Shown piece after piece: positions 16,657-24,000 of a DNA stretch of 24,000 nucleotides (its first letter is position 1; the number at the start of each line of letters is the position of its first letter). The stretch is from Bacteroidota bacterium. Lineage in GTDB: Bacteria; Bacteroidota; Bacteroidia; Flavobacteriales; Schleiferiaceae. A model generated the notes under the pieces. That model was not told the origin of the DNA. It was given only the letters and a program-made list of their open reading frames with translations, and ran no database searches. The DNA is taken from the NCBI GenBank assembly GCA_033844885.1, contig JAJLJK010000122.1:1-24000 (forward strand), in the 5' to 3' direction. Both the position numbers and the translations under genes were made by a program.

Positions 16657-19600
16657 TCAAAAATCAGTGCTGAGCGACAGGTAGAATACCCTCGGAAGGG
16701 TGACCCCATCTTCGATTCCCCATGCCCAGTCCACGCGGACAAAATATCCAAAAATGGTACTTCTGAGTCCGAATCCATATCCATAGACAAAGGGATCCTT
16801 TCGATTCTTCAGTGTGATCTCAATAGGCCCATTACGGATTACATCTCTGGTGATCGCATTTTCTTCGGAGTATGGCGTCAATCCATTCCAGGCTGTACCA
16901 ACATCACCGAATCCAACGATCTGGAAATTACTGAAGAAGTCATTTCGCAAAGGTCTATTGAATAGGTAGCGGAAGAAAGGAACCCGAAGTTCTGAATTGA
17001 CCGCCACGAAGGAATTCCCATTTCGGATGTTCTGAACAAATCCTCTCATATTCGTGACCAGGGTCTGGAAGATATAATTCTGGTCTGCCACCGGAGTAGA
17101 GTTCAGGAATTGGGTCTGGTTGATCTGATTGTCCACTCCGCCCATCACATAAAGAAGCTTCTCCGGTCCAAAAGAGGTCCCAAAAGCAAACCGGTTGGCC
17201 CAGATGATCTCTCGATGCACCGGGAGGTAATGCCGAAGGTCGATCCCCGCAGTATGGAGTCCAGTGTTTCCTTTAGAGAAATTCTTGTAATACTCAGTAA
17301 AGACCTTATACCTCAAGCCATGATAAAGATTGATCCCCACCCTTCGCGTATTGTCAAAGATGTACTCAAACTTGATCTGCGCATATTGCCGGTAGATATC
17401 TGGCCGTTGAAGGGATCCCTGGATGAAATCTGACGGCGTGATCATTCGCTCGAAACGGATACCCGGAGTCAGTCGGATAGCGGTAACCTCATTGAAAGGC
17501 CAGGTGAAACCATACCTTATCTCATGCGTAAGGAATCGGACATTATACTGTTCGAATTGACTGACCCGATCCACACCCAACTGGCTTCGTCGGTAGAGGA
17601 AAAGATCCTTGTTCAGTCGCTTCTTGTGATCAAGGAATGCCAAAAAGAACTCCGAATTAGGGGCGATGGACATCCCCGGAAGGGGTTGAAAATCCCAGCG
17701 AAATCCTCCAATGATCCTGTAATCATTCATCAGATCGGTCGCTCCCAGTGTAAAGTTGACATTGAACCCGGGATTGAACAATGCCCCGTTTGGACTCCCA
17801 GTATAAGGCTGATACTGCGGATTCTCGAAAATGAAATCGATCTGGGCTCCAAGCTTATCCCGAAAGAAACTCAAATAATAATTCCGACTTGGGGGAATAT
17901 CAAAGGTTGGCTCCTCCACCTGAACATCCGGCTGGTTGCTTCTAGACACCATGGGTCGCTCATTCTCTTCCTGTTTGGGTGGCGGTTTTCGTCGTTGACT
18001 ATTTGGAGCATATTTTTCTACCAGGGTAGGATCGAACTGATAGTCCTCAATATCCACCTCAAACTCCTTTCTGAAATCGGATCGCTGGGCCATAACATTC
18101 TCCCCTCCCGTAATAACGGTTGTTCGCGAGGGATCCCGTTCTCCCTGACCTTCGCCGGAAGGTCCACTTACCATTTCCCTGGCAGGAACGAATTCCTCTT
18201 TGTAAAGCTGATATCTTCCCTTTCGATAGATCACCTTAATGGATACATCTCCCTCAGGGCTGCTTCGGAAGACGAGATCATCCAGTTTTTGTGAAGGAGT
18301 TACGTATTGATCGAAAACATATTGGTAGTGGGTCGTTGTGTCCACAAAGGCAATGACCGAATCTATGCCTATGATCTGAGGAGTTTGAGTTCCTTCGAAT
18401 CTGGAAAGATAACCGATGAATCCGGGCTCGTATTCAAACGGCTGATATTCAATCTCTCCAGGACTCTCGGTCAGGCGCCAAATAAATTTCTTCTTTTCAA
18501 ATTTCAATTCGGGTTCTACCCGAACAGCGAAAAGGTCAAAGGATTGGGGATAAGAATGGACCTCTTCTTCCCATCTTAAGGTATCCTGGGGTCGATTGGA
18601 CTTCCATACCACCTGCTTTCCACCATTGAAATACGCCGGCTCGAGATCATCCCATCCATCATTGGTAAGGGGAGTGATGGTTCGACTCAGGATGGTATAT
18701 GTGTAGATATCGCTCTTTCCCTCCTTCACTGCAGACATCAGTAGGGTCTTTCCTTCCGGAGAATACGTGAATGATAGGACCTTCTCGAATCCGAAAAGGT
18801 TCTTCTTGTCCAGCTTCTTTTTCGCTGCATCATAAAAATACAACCACAGAAATCCCTTTTCTTCGGTGACAATGGCGAGTATCTCACCGTTGGGATGCCA
18901 TGCGAGCAGTGGGAATGAATAATCCGTGTTCTGTGCGATCCGATATCCCTTCGAAAACACCTTGTCCCTTTTATCCCTTTCCAGGTCGTGGACAAAGACC
19001 TTATATCGACCCTGACGATTGACCGAATAAGCCGCACGGTTTCCATCTTGGGTCACCTTCATTTCGGTGATCCTCTCAAATTTCTTCATTCTCGCCAACC
19101 GTTCACCCGGGACCTCCTCCAGGTTGATGGTCTCATTATACCGGGTTCGGTAATACGCCTCCCACTCATCCATGAAATCATCAAAGTCGACTCCAAGCAC
19201 AAATAGGAAAGCCTCCTTAAGATTTCGGTTCGCAACAGCGATGTAGAGGAGGTTTTTGATAACCCCTGTCCCATAGGTCTCTGCGATATAATTCCAAATC
19301 GAATGGCCTGCATAGCGAGCCTCTTCATTTACGAGTCCATTCAATCGATGATACTGTCCGGTATAGAACCCATCCTTGACATGTGCATCCAATTCGGGCG
19401 TCCAACTGCCGGAAACGTAACTGATCAGGCCCTCAAGAAACCACTCGGGCAGGGATAGTAAGGCTGAGTTCTTGACCGAGTTGGTGAATCCACCGTAGAT
19501 CAGCTCGTTGAGGAGGACATCCGCCAAACCCTGTTTGATCTGTTGCTCCAAATGAGCGTAACTTCCGTCAAAGTAGACGAACATCTTTCCCCCGGCAAGT

Positions 19601-19959
19601 CGGGTGATCCCACCGGTATTATACGCGTCCTCTGTTTCTTCGTTAAGATTACTCTGTTTGAGATCGGTCAGCGAATTGAAGACCAGGATCCGGATCCGAT
19701 CATCGATCTGGACTCCCATGAATTTTTCCATGGGATCGAGATTCCTATGGACCATTCTCGAAACCTCTTCGGCAACCTCGCGACCATTCTTGTAGAAATA
19801 GACATCGTACTGGTCATATCTAAAGAACTTCCACTCAAAGTTGTTGTATTGCACACGATTCTTTCCATAGCTCTGTCGGATCCCATAATAGAACTGGGCA
19901 TTTGCCAGTTGGGCCAACAGGGCAAAAAGGAAGAGAAGTAGAAGTTTCTTGTGCATCAT
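16657..19959 (-). CDS. 1100-aa outer-membrane protein: signal peptide, N-terminal globular domain, TolB/PD40-like beta-propeller region, and an Omp85 (bacterial surface antigen)-like C-terminal beta-barrel
   Basis: Signal peptide MMHKKLLLLFLFALLAQLANAQ. Propeller-type repeats (DGNRAAYSVNRQGRYKVFVHDL, WHPNGEILAIV, YSPEGKTLLMSAVKEGKSDIYTY). Charged Pro-rich linker (NSQRRKPPPKQEENERP). The C-terminal 400 aa or so show an alternating beta-strand pattern, with GYGFGLRSTIFGYFVRVDWAWG and a terminal ...YLSLSTDF (C-terminal Phe, as in the OMP beta-signal). Confidence 0.75.
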   Translation of the reverse strand: MMHKKLLLLFLFALLAQLANAQFYYGIRQSYGKNRVQYNNFEWKFFRYDQYDVYFYKNGREVAEEVSRMVHRNLDPMEKFMGVQIDDRIRILVFNSLTDLKQSNLNEETEDAYNTGGITRLAGGKMFVYFDGSYAHLEQQIKQGLADVLLNELIYGGFTNSVKNSALLSLPEWFLEGLISYVSGSWTPELDAHVKDGFYTGQYHRLNGLVNEEARYAGHSIWNYIAETYGTGVIKNLLYIAVANRNLKEAFLFVLGVDFDDFMDEWEAYYRTRYNETINLEEVPGERLARMKKFERITEMKVTQDGNRAAYSVNRQGRYKVFVHDLERDKRDKVFSKGYRIAQNTDYSFPLLAWHPNGEILAIVTEEKGFLWLYFYDAAKKKLDKKNLFGFEKVLSFTYSPEGKTLLMSAVKEGKSDIYTYTILSRTITPLTNDGWDDLEPAYFNGGKQVVWKSNRPQDTLRWEEEVHSYPQSFDLFAVRVEPELKFEKKKFIWRLTESPGEIEYQPFEYEPGFIGYLSRFEGTQTPQIIGIDSVIAFVDTTTHYQYVFDQYVTPSQKLDDLVFRSSPEGDVSIKVIYRKGRYQLYKEEFVPAREMVSGPSGEGQGERDPSRTTVITGGENVMAQRSDFRKEFEVDIEDYQFDPTLVEKYAPNSQRRKPPPKQEENERPMVSRSNQPDVQVEEPTFDIPPSRNYYLSFFRDKLGAQIDFIFENPQYQPYTGSPNGALFNPGFNVNFTLGATDLMNDYRIIGGFRWDFQPLPGMSIAPNSEFFLAFLDHKKRLNKDLFLYRRSQLGVDRVSQFEQYNVRFLTHEIRYGFTWPFNEVTAIRLTPGIRFERMITPSDFIQGSLQRPDIYRQYAQIKFEYIFDNTRRVGINLYHGLRYKVFTEYYKNFSKGNTGLHTAGIDLRHYLPVHREIIWANRFAFGTSFGPEKLLYVMGGVDNQINQTQFLNSTPVADQNYIFQTLVTNMRGFVQNIRNGNSFVAVNSELRVPFFRYLFNRPLRNDFFSNFQIVGFGDVGTAWNGLTPYSEENAITRDVIRNGPIEITLKNRKDPFVYGYGFGLRSTIFGYFVRVDWAWGIEDGVTLPRVFYLSLSTDF

Positions 19960-19974
19960 GGTTCAGGATCCTCC

Positions 19975-19982
19975 CAAAGCTA
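19975..19982 (-). promoter_or_regulatory. Candidate Bacteroidota -7 promoter box (TAnnTTTG) for the large outer-membrane protein gene
   Basis: The - strand reads TAGCTTTG, an exact consensus match. Its G lies 15 nt upstream of the ATG at 19959. Confidence 0.35.
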
Positions 19983-20069
19983 ATGAAGATAACGCTTTTG
20001 AGAGGTTTTTGTGTTACGACCTTTAGCACATTGAGCCACATCCCCGTTCCAGTGCGGTTAAGCTGCGGT

Positions 20070-21410
20070 TCAGGATACCAACTCTAAAAGGCGATTTTCC
20101 ACTTCCACACTATCCCATTTCTGCTCGATCCCCGGAATGGACATGATCTTGCTCATGATGGCATCCTGACGGTTCCCCTCTGCCAGAGCATCGTGATATC
20201 GGATATGGGAAAAAGTGACCATACTATAAAGAGGGAGCCACTTTTCCGGATACTTATCCGCAAATCGACGCTCGATCTTCTTTCGAAGTAAAAAATCGGG
20301 GTCAGCGGTCAGATCTCTCATCTCGACGAAGTTTCGCATCGCCAATTCAGCAATAGCATCTGCATCCGGCTTACGGATCAACTCATATTGACGGAATATG
20401 GTATCCACATCATCTCCGTATATCTCGAATAGCTCATTCAGAACGGTACAGTCCTCAAACCCCGCGTTCATCCCCTGGCCATAGAAGGGAACGATCGCAT
20501 GAGATGAATCCCCGATCAGGGCCACCTTTCCATTCCGGGTCCACGGAAAGCAGCGAATGATCCCCAAAGAGGAGGTGGGGTTCTCCTTCCACTCCACAAT
20601 GAGATCCGGCATCATTGCCAGGGCATCAGGGAAGGTGGAACGAAAGAACTGAAGAACGTCATCATCACCCTTCAGATTCTCAAAGGAATTCTCGCCTTCG
20701 AACGGCATAAATAGAGTACATGTGAAACTCCCATCCTGATTCGGTAAGGCGATCAGCATAAAACCGCCTCTTGGCCAGATATGCAAAGCATTCTTTTCGA
20801 TCCTGAATCCACCATCTTCGGCAGGAGGGATGGAAAGCTCCTTATATCCGTGTTCTATATAGGTCTGAGAGTATGTGAAACGGTCGGTCTTTTGCATGAT
20901 CTGGCGGACGGCTGAGTAAAATCCATCAGCCCCAAAAAGCAGATCCGCTTCCTGCTCAACGATTTTCCCATGATCATCCTCAAACCAGGCGGTCGCTGTT
21001 TCGAGGTCAACTCCTGTGCATTTTTGATCGAAGTGGATCTTCACCCCTTCGTGTTGTTCGGCCAGGCTCATCATGGTCTGATTAAGCCCTCCCCTGGAGA
21101 CCGAGTAAATGGCTTGCCCCTCCTTGCCATAAGGCTGGTAGGTCAAAGTTCCGTCCACCGAGTGCATGACCCTTCGGTACATGGGGATGGCCACCTTCCG
21201 GATCTCGTCTTCCAAGCCCACTCCGCGTAGTGCCTTCCAACCTCTGTCACTTAAGGCAAGGTTAATGGATCGCCCTCCATATACTCCCTCCTTCCTGGTA
21301 TCCGGTCGTCTCTCATACATATTCACCTTATGACCTTTCTTGGCCATATATACAGCCCATAGGGATCCTACGAGTCCGGCTCCGACAATGGTGATCTCCT
21401 TTTTCGTCAT
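20070..21410 (-). CDS. kmo: Kynurenine 3-monooxygenase (FAD-dependent)
   Basis: N-terminal Rossmann motif ITIVGAGLVGS, and LIGDSSHAIVPFYGQGMNAGFEDC, the KMO-type FAD site. 446 aa. Sits 6 nt downstream of kynU. Confidence 0.9.
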   Translation of the reverse strand: MTKKEITIVGAGLVGSLWAVYMAKKGHKVNMYERRPDTRKEGVYGGRSINLALSDRGWKALRGVGLEDEIRKVAIPMYRRVMHSVDGTLTYQPYGKEGQAIYSVSRGGLNQTMMSLAEQHEGVKIHFDQKCTGVDLETATAWFEDDHGKIVEQEADLLFGADGFYSAVRQIMQKTDRFTYSQTYIEHGYKELSIPPAEDGGFRIEKNALHIWPRGGFMLIALPNQDGSFTCTLFMPFEGENSFENLKGDDDVLQFFRSTFPDALAMMPDLIVEWKENPTSSLGIIRCFPWTRNGKVALIGDSSHAIVPFYGQGMNAGFEDCTVLNELFEIYGDDVDTIFRQYELIRKPDADAIAELAMRNFVEMRDLTADPDFLLRKKIERRFADKYPEKWLPLYSMVTFSHIRYHDALAEGNRQDAIMSKIMSIPGIEQKWDSVEVENRLLELVS

Positions 21411-21416
21411 CGTTGA

Positions 21417-22691
21417 TTATCGACTTAAGCATTTGTCCAGGATCTCCCCGAACCTAAAAATATCCTCAAATGAATTATATAGTGGCACGGGTGCCATACG
21501 GATCACATTGGGCTCTCTCCAATCGACGATGACCCCGTGATCCATTAGTGCGTCAAATAGCTCTTTACCCTGCCCGTGCATGATCACTGAAAGCTGGCTT
21601 CCTCGTTCGCGATCATCCTGAGGGGTGATCACCTCAATAGGACTGTTCCGGCGTTCGGCCACTTCCGTGATGATGAACCGCAGATAAGCCGATAGGTTCA
21701 GAGATTTCTTTCTTCTTTCCTCGGGTTTGGTAGAATCAAATAGGTCCAGGCTTGCCCGATGGGGTGCCATGGCCATGACCGGAGCATTACTCAATTGCCA
21801 TGCCTCAGCGGTAGCCATTGGTTTAAAGGTCTCTGGCATTTTGAATCGGGTATCCTTGTCATGCCCCCACCAGCCCTCGAAACGAGGAATATCCTCTCTG
21901 TTTAGGTGTCTCTGGTGAACATATATCCCTGCCACAGAACCGGGCCCACTGTTCATGTATTTATAACTGCACCAAGCGGCAAAATCCACATCCCAATCAT
22001 GAAGTTGAAGCGGGACATTTCCCATAGCATGTGCCAGATCCCAACCCACCATTATCCCCTTTGATCGTGCTGCAGAGGTAATGGTAGGGATATTCATAAA
22101 CTGACCTGTGTAATAGTTCACGCCTCCGATCATCAACATGGCGATCTCGTCACCTTGTCTTTCGATCACCTCGAGAAAATCCTCCGTTCGAAATGTGTGT
22201 TCCCCTTCCCTTGGCCCCACCTCAATAATGGCCTCCTTGGGGTCATATCCATGGAACCGGGCCTGACTTTGAAGGGCATATTGATCCGAAGGAAAGGCTT
22301 TTTTCTCGCAAAGGATCTTGAATCGTTTCCCTTTCGGGCGATAGAAACTGACCATCAAAAGATGAAGATTATTGGTCAAGGTCCCCATCGCAACCACCTC
22401 CTCAGGAAGAGCCCCACAAAGGCGGGCCAATGAATCCGTAAAGAATTCATGGTAGGGCATCCAGGGTCTTTTGGCATGAAAATGCCCTTCCACACCAAGT
22501 CGCGCCCAGTCGTCAAGCTCTTCCAAAAGGTATCTTTTGGCACTTTTGGGCTGAAGACCGAGTGAATTCCCCGTGAAATAAACCACAGGGTGACCGTTGT
22601 GCTCCGGAAAGAGAAATTCATTTCGCAGGTCACACAATGGGTCGTTTTGATCCTGTGACATTGCAAATTCTCTGGAATTGATCCAATTCAT
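21417..22691 (-). CDS. kynU: Kynureninase (PLP-dependent)
   Basis: YFTGNSLGLQPK, and WCSYKYMNSGPGSVAG (PLP-lysine region characteristic of kynureninase). 424 aa. An alternative ATG at 22661 (MSQDQND...) is possible. Confidence 0.92.
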   Translation of the reverse strand: MNWINSREFAMSQDQNDPLCDLRNEFLFPEHNGHPVVYFTGNSLGLQPKSAKRYLLEELDDWARLGVEGHFHAKRPWMPYHEFFTDSLARLCGALPEEVVAMGTLTNNLHLLMVSFYRPKGKRFKILCEKKAFPSDQYALQSQARFHGYDPKEAIIEVGPREGEHTFRTEDFLEVIERQGDEIAMLMIGGVNYYTGQFMNIPTITSAARSKGIMVGWDLAHAMGNVPLQLHDWDVDFAAWCSYKYMNSGPGSVAGIYVHQRHLNREDIPRFEGWWGHDKDTRFKMPETFKPMATAEAWQLSNAPVMAMAPHRASLDLFDSTKPEERRKKSLNLSAYLRFIITEVAERRNSPIEVITPQDDRERGSQLSVIMHGQGKELFDALMDHGVIVDWREPNVIRMAPVPLYNSFEDIFRFGEILDKCLSR

Positions 22692-22717
22692 CGTAAAGGA
22701 TGGGTTTGCCGGCTAAA

Positions 22718-23569
22718 TTAGAAGAAAATGAAGGCTGCCAAAAACCAAATCAGAGAGGTTCCTTCCAGAAGGAAGGAAAAATAAAGGTCATCCCGTTGGT
22801 CATTTGAACCCCGAACAAGGATGATGGCGAAAAACAGAGCGACGACCTGAGCATAGAACGATCCTAAAGGCCAGGCTCCGAAATACCATTGTCGAAGTGA
22901 AAGGAGGATCATTGCGCCCACAAGACAAGCGATCGCCAAAAAACGAGCACCCCCGACTCCGAGGATCATGGGTAGGGTGGATAATTCACGGTCATCGTCC
23001 TTCATGTCTCGGATATCAAAAGGAATCGTGATCCCAATAATGAATAGAAATCTTTCGGTCGCCCCAAGCGCATGATCCAGATCAGGAGTGATCCCCGATT
23101 CGATCAAGGGTAGGATGTATGTGACGATCACCCAAACGAAGGCGATGGCAAATATCTTGATACCTTGCTGGTATCGAACCCCTCCTCTTTTTTGGGGTTG
23201 GATCGGCAATGGATAGGCCAGACTAATGACCGCCGCGGCCACCAACCATCCCCAGGAGGAAAAAGAGAAACCCAGCACGATCCAAAGGATGACCGGAACC
23301 GCCAGGAACGTCATGACCAAAAGGCCGGTCGAGTGGTGAACCATCCACGACCGAATGGGATTGGCCACGGTGAGAGAGTCCTCTGAAGGTTCAAAGGCGC
23401 GAGCATAGTTATAGATCACAAATGTCCCGAGAAAGGAAAAGATCAGGTAGGGGATCATTACCGTTCCGGTCTGTAGGAATGTCAACATGGTCAAGGCCAT
23501 GACATTCATTCCCACCCACAGATTCGAATAGGCTAGAAACCGTCCAATGTTCCGCAAAAAAGCCTTCAT
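22718..23569 (-). CDS. Polytopic membrane protein, possibly a divergent UbiA-superfamily prenyltransferase
   Basis: About 8-9 hydrophobic segments and an Asp-rich loop, PFDIRDMKDDDRELSTLP, resembling the second UbiA motif. The first NDxxDxxxD motif is not recognisable (YNYARAFEPSEDS). The assignment rests on recalled similarity to an FDYRDREDD-type family in Flavobacteriia. Confidence 0.45.
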   Translation of the reverse strand: MKAFLRNIGRFLAYSNLWVGMNVMALTMLTFLQTGTVMIPYLIFSFLGTFVIYNYARAFEPSEDSLTVANPIRSWMVHHSTGLLVMTFLAVPVILWIVLGFSFSSWGWLVAAAVISLAYPLPIQPQKRGGVRYQQGIKIFAIAFVWVIVTYILPLIESGITPDLDHALGATERFLFIIGITIPFDIRDMKDDDRELSTLPMILGVGGARFLAIACLVGAMILLSLRQWYFGAWPLGSFYAQVVALFFAIILVRGSNDQRDDLYFSFLLEGTSLIWFLAAFIFF

Positions 23570-23658
23570 TGAAGCTGCAAGGTACGATGCAAATCAGGGA
23601 CGGTGGAAACAAATACAAAACATGGCTTGAACAGGAAGCAAATCCACTTGTTTTGACG

Positions 23659-23666
23659 TAAATTTG
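23659..23666 (+). promoter_or_regulatory. Candidate Bacteroidota -7 promoter box (TAnnTTTG) for gcvP
   Basis: Exact match TAAATTTG, 21 nt upstream of the ATG at 23687. Confidence 0.35.
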
Positions 23667-23686
23667 CCACCCAAAATTTGGCTTAC

Positions 23687-24000
23687 ATGAACACCCAGGC
23701 GTTTGCTTTCAGGCACATTGGTCCGCGTGAGGCGGAAGTTGCGGAGATGTTGAAGACCATCGGTGTGAATTCGATCGAGCAATTGATCGAGGAAACCGTA
23801 CCGGATGGGATCCGATTGAAGAAGCCTTTGGACCTTCTTCCTGCAATGACCGAGCATGAGTATTTGGTTCACGCCCAAAAACTTGCACGTAAGAACAAAG
23901 TATTCCGTACCTACATCGGTCTTGGCTACCACAACACCATCATGCCGGGTGTCATTCAGCGAAATATCCTTGAGAATCCAGGTTGGTATACTGCCTATAC
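23687..24000 (+). CDS. gcvP: Glycine dehydrogenase (glycine cleavage system P protein), 5' partial running off the window
   Basis: My own translation from ATG 23687 gives MNTQAFAFRHIGPREAEVAEMLKTIGVNSIEQLIEETVPDGIRLKKPLDLLPAMTEHEYLVHAQKLARKNKVFRTYIGLGYHNTIMPGVIQRNILENPGWYTAYT, a classic GcvP N-terminus. It is absent from the ORF track because no stop codon is reached. Confidence 0.92.
   Translation, partial: MNTQAFAFRHIGPREAEVAEMLKTIGVNSIEQLIEETVPDGIRLKKPLDLLPAMTEHEYLVHAQKLARKNKVFRTYIGLGYHNTIMPGVIQRNILENPGWYTAY

Noticed and set aside
17524-18294. A 256-aa + strand ORF, and several other ORFs of 60-130 aa, lying antisense to the 1100-aa outer-membrane protein gene.
   Set aside because: The translation is low-complexity and shows no family features. 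The opposite strand carries a continuous 1100-aa ORF with clear domain structure. This is a typical shadow ORF produced by codon bias.
23570-23686. A possible glycine riboswitch upstream of gcvP.
   Set aside because: Only 117 nt are available, shared with a divergent promoter. I could not find the conserved glycine-aptamer core sequences. A covariance-model scan (Rfam RF00504) would settle it.
23594-23932. A 112-aa minus-strand ORF listed in the track at the right edge.
   Set aside because: The + strand here encodes a textbook GcvP N-terminus from ATG 23687. The minus-strand ORF is its antisense shadow.
1-24000. A scan for tRNA, rRNA, CRISPR repeats, IS elements, transposases, integrases, toxin-antitoxin pairs or defence-system genes.
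   Set aside because: I found no cloverleaf-like conserved arms, no regularly spaced repeats, and no ORF with transposase, integrase or nuclease/ATPase defence signatures. Every long ORF is accounted for by housekeeping or envelope functions.

Overview
The window is a gene-dense stretch (about 95% coding) that looks like a chromosome of the phylum Bacteroidota. Three things support that phylum: a secreted protein with a type B T9SS (type IX secretion system) C-terminal sorting domain, four exact TAnnTTTG -7 promoter boxes placed correctly upstream of genes, and generally Flavobacteriia/Cytophagia-like protein sequences. I call 22 protein genes and found no tRNA, rRNA, CRISPR array, transposase, integrase or recognisable defence gene by eye.

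Gene content, left to right:
- a PKD-repeat T9SS cargo protein
- a minus-strand operon adk-obg-PAP2 phosphatase-crcB
- manC followed by a DUF389 membrane protein
- a minus-strand biotin operon bioF-bioD-bioA-X-bioB, where X is a FabB/FabF-like condensing enzyme
- recA and bcp
- nth, an mscS-family channel and a 100-aa conserved hypothetical protein
- a 1100-aa multidomain outer-membrane protein
- a UbiA-like membrane protein followed by kynU and kmo
- the 5' end of gcvP, which the ORF track misses because the gene runs off the window edge

The region is mostly housekeeping. The best candidate for undescribed biology is the beta-ketoacyl synthase (KAS I/II type) that is translationally coupled inside the biotin operon, with no known pimelate-supply gene in view.

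Secondary observations:
- the unusual architecture of the 1100-aa outer-membrane protein
- an endonuclease III with no Fe-S cluster cysteines
- a UbiA-like gene co-oriented with two kynurenine-pathway genes
- crcB with no room for a fluoride riboswitch
- extreme gene packing, including convergent genes that share or abut stop codons
- roughly 3.3-fold excess of the tetranucleotide GATC

All family assignments rest on motifs read from the translations and on recalled family knowledge. No database search was run.
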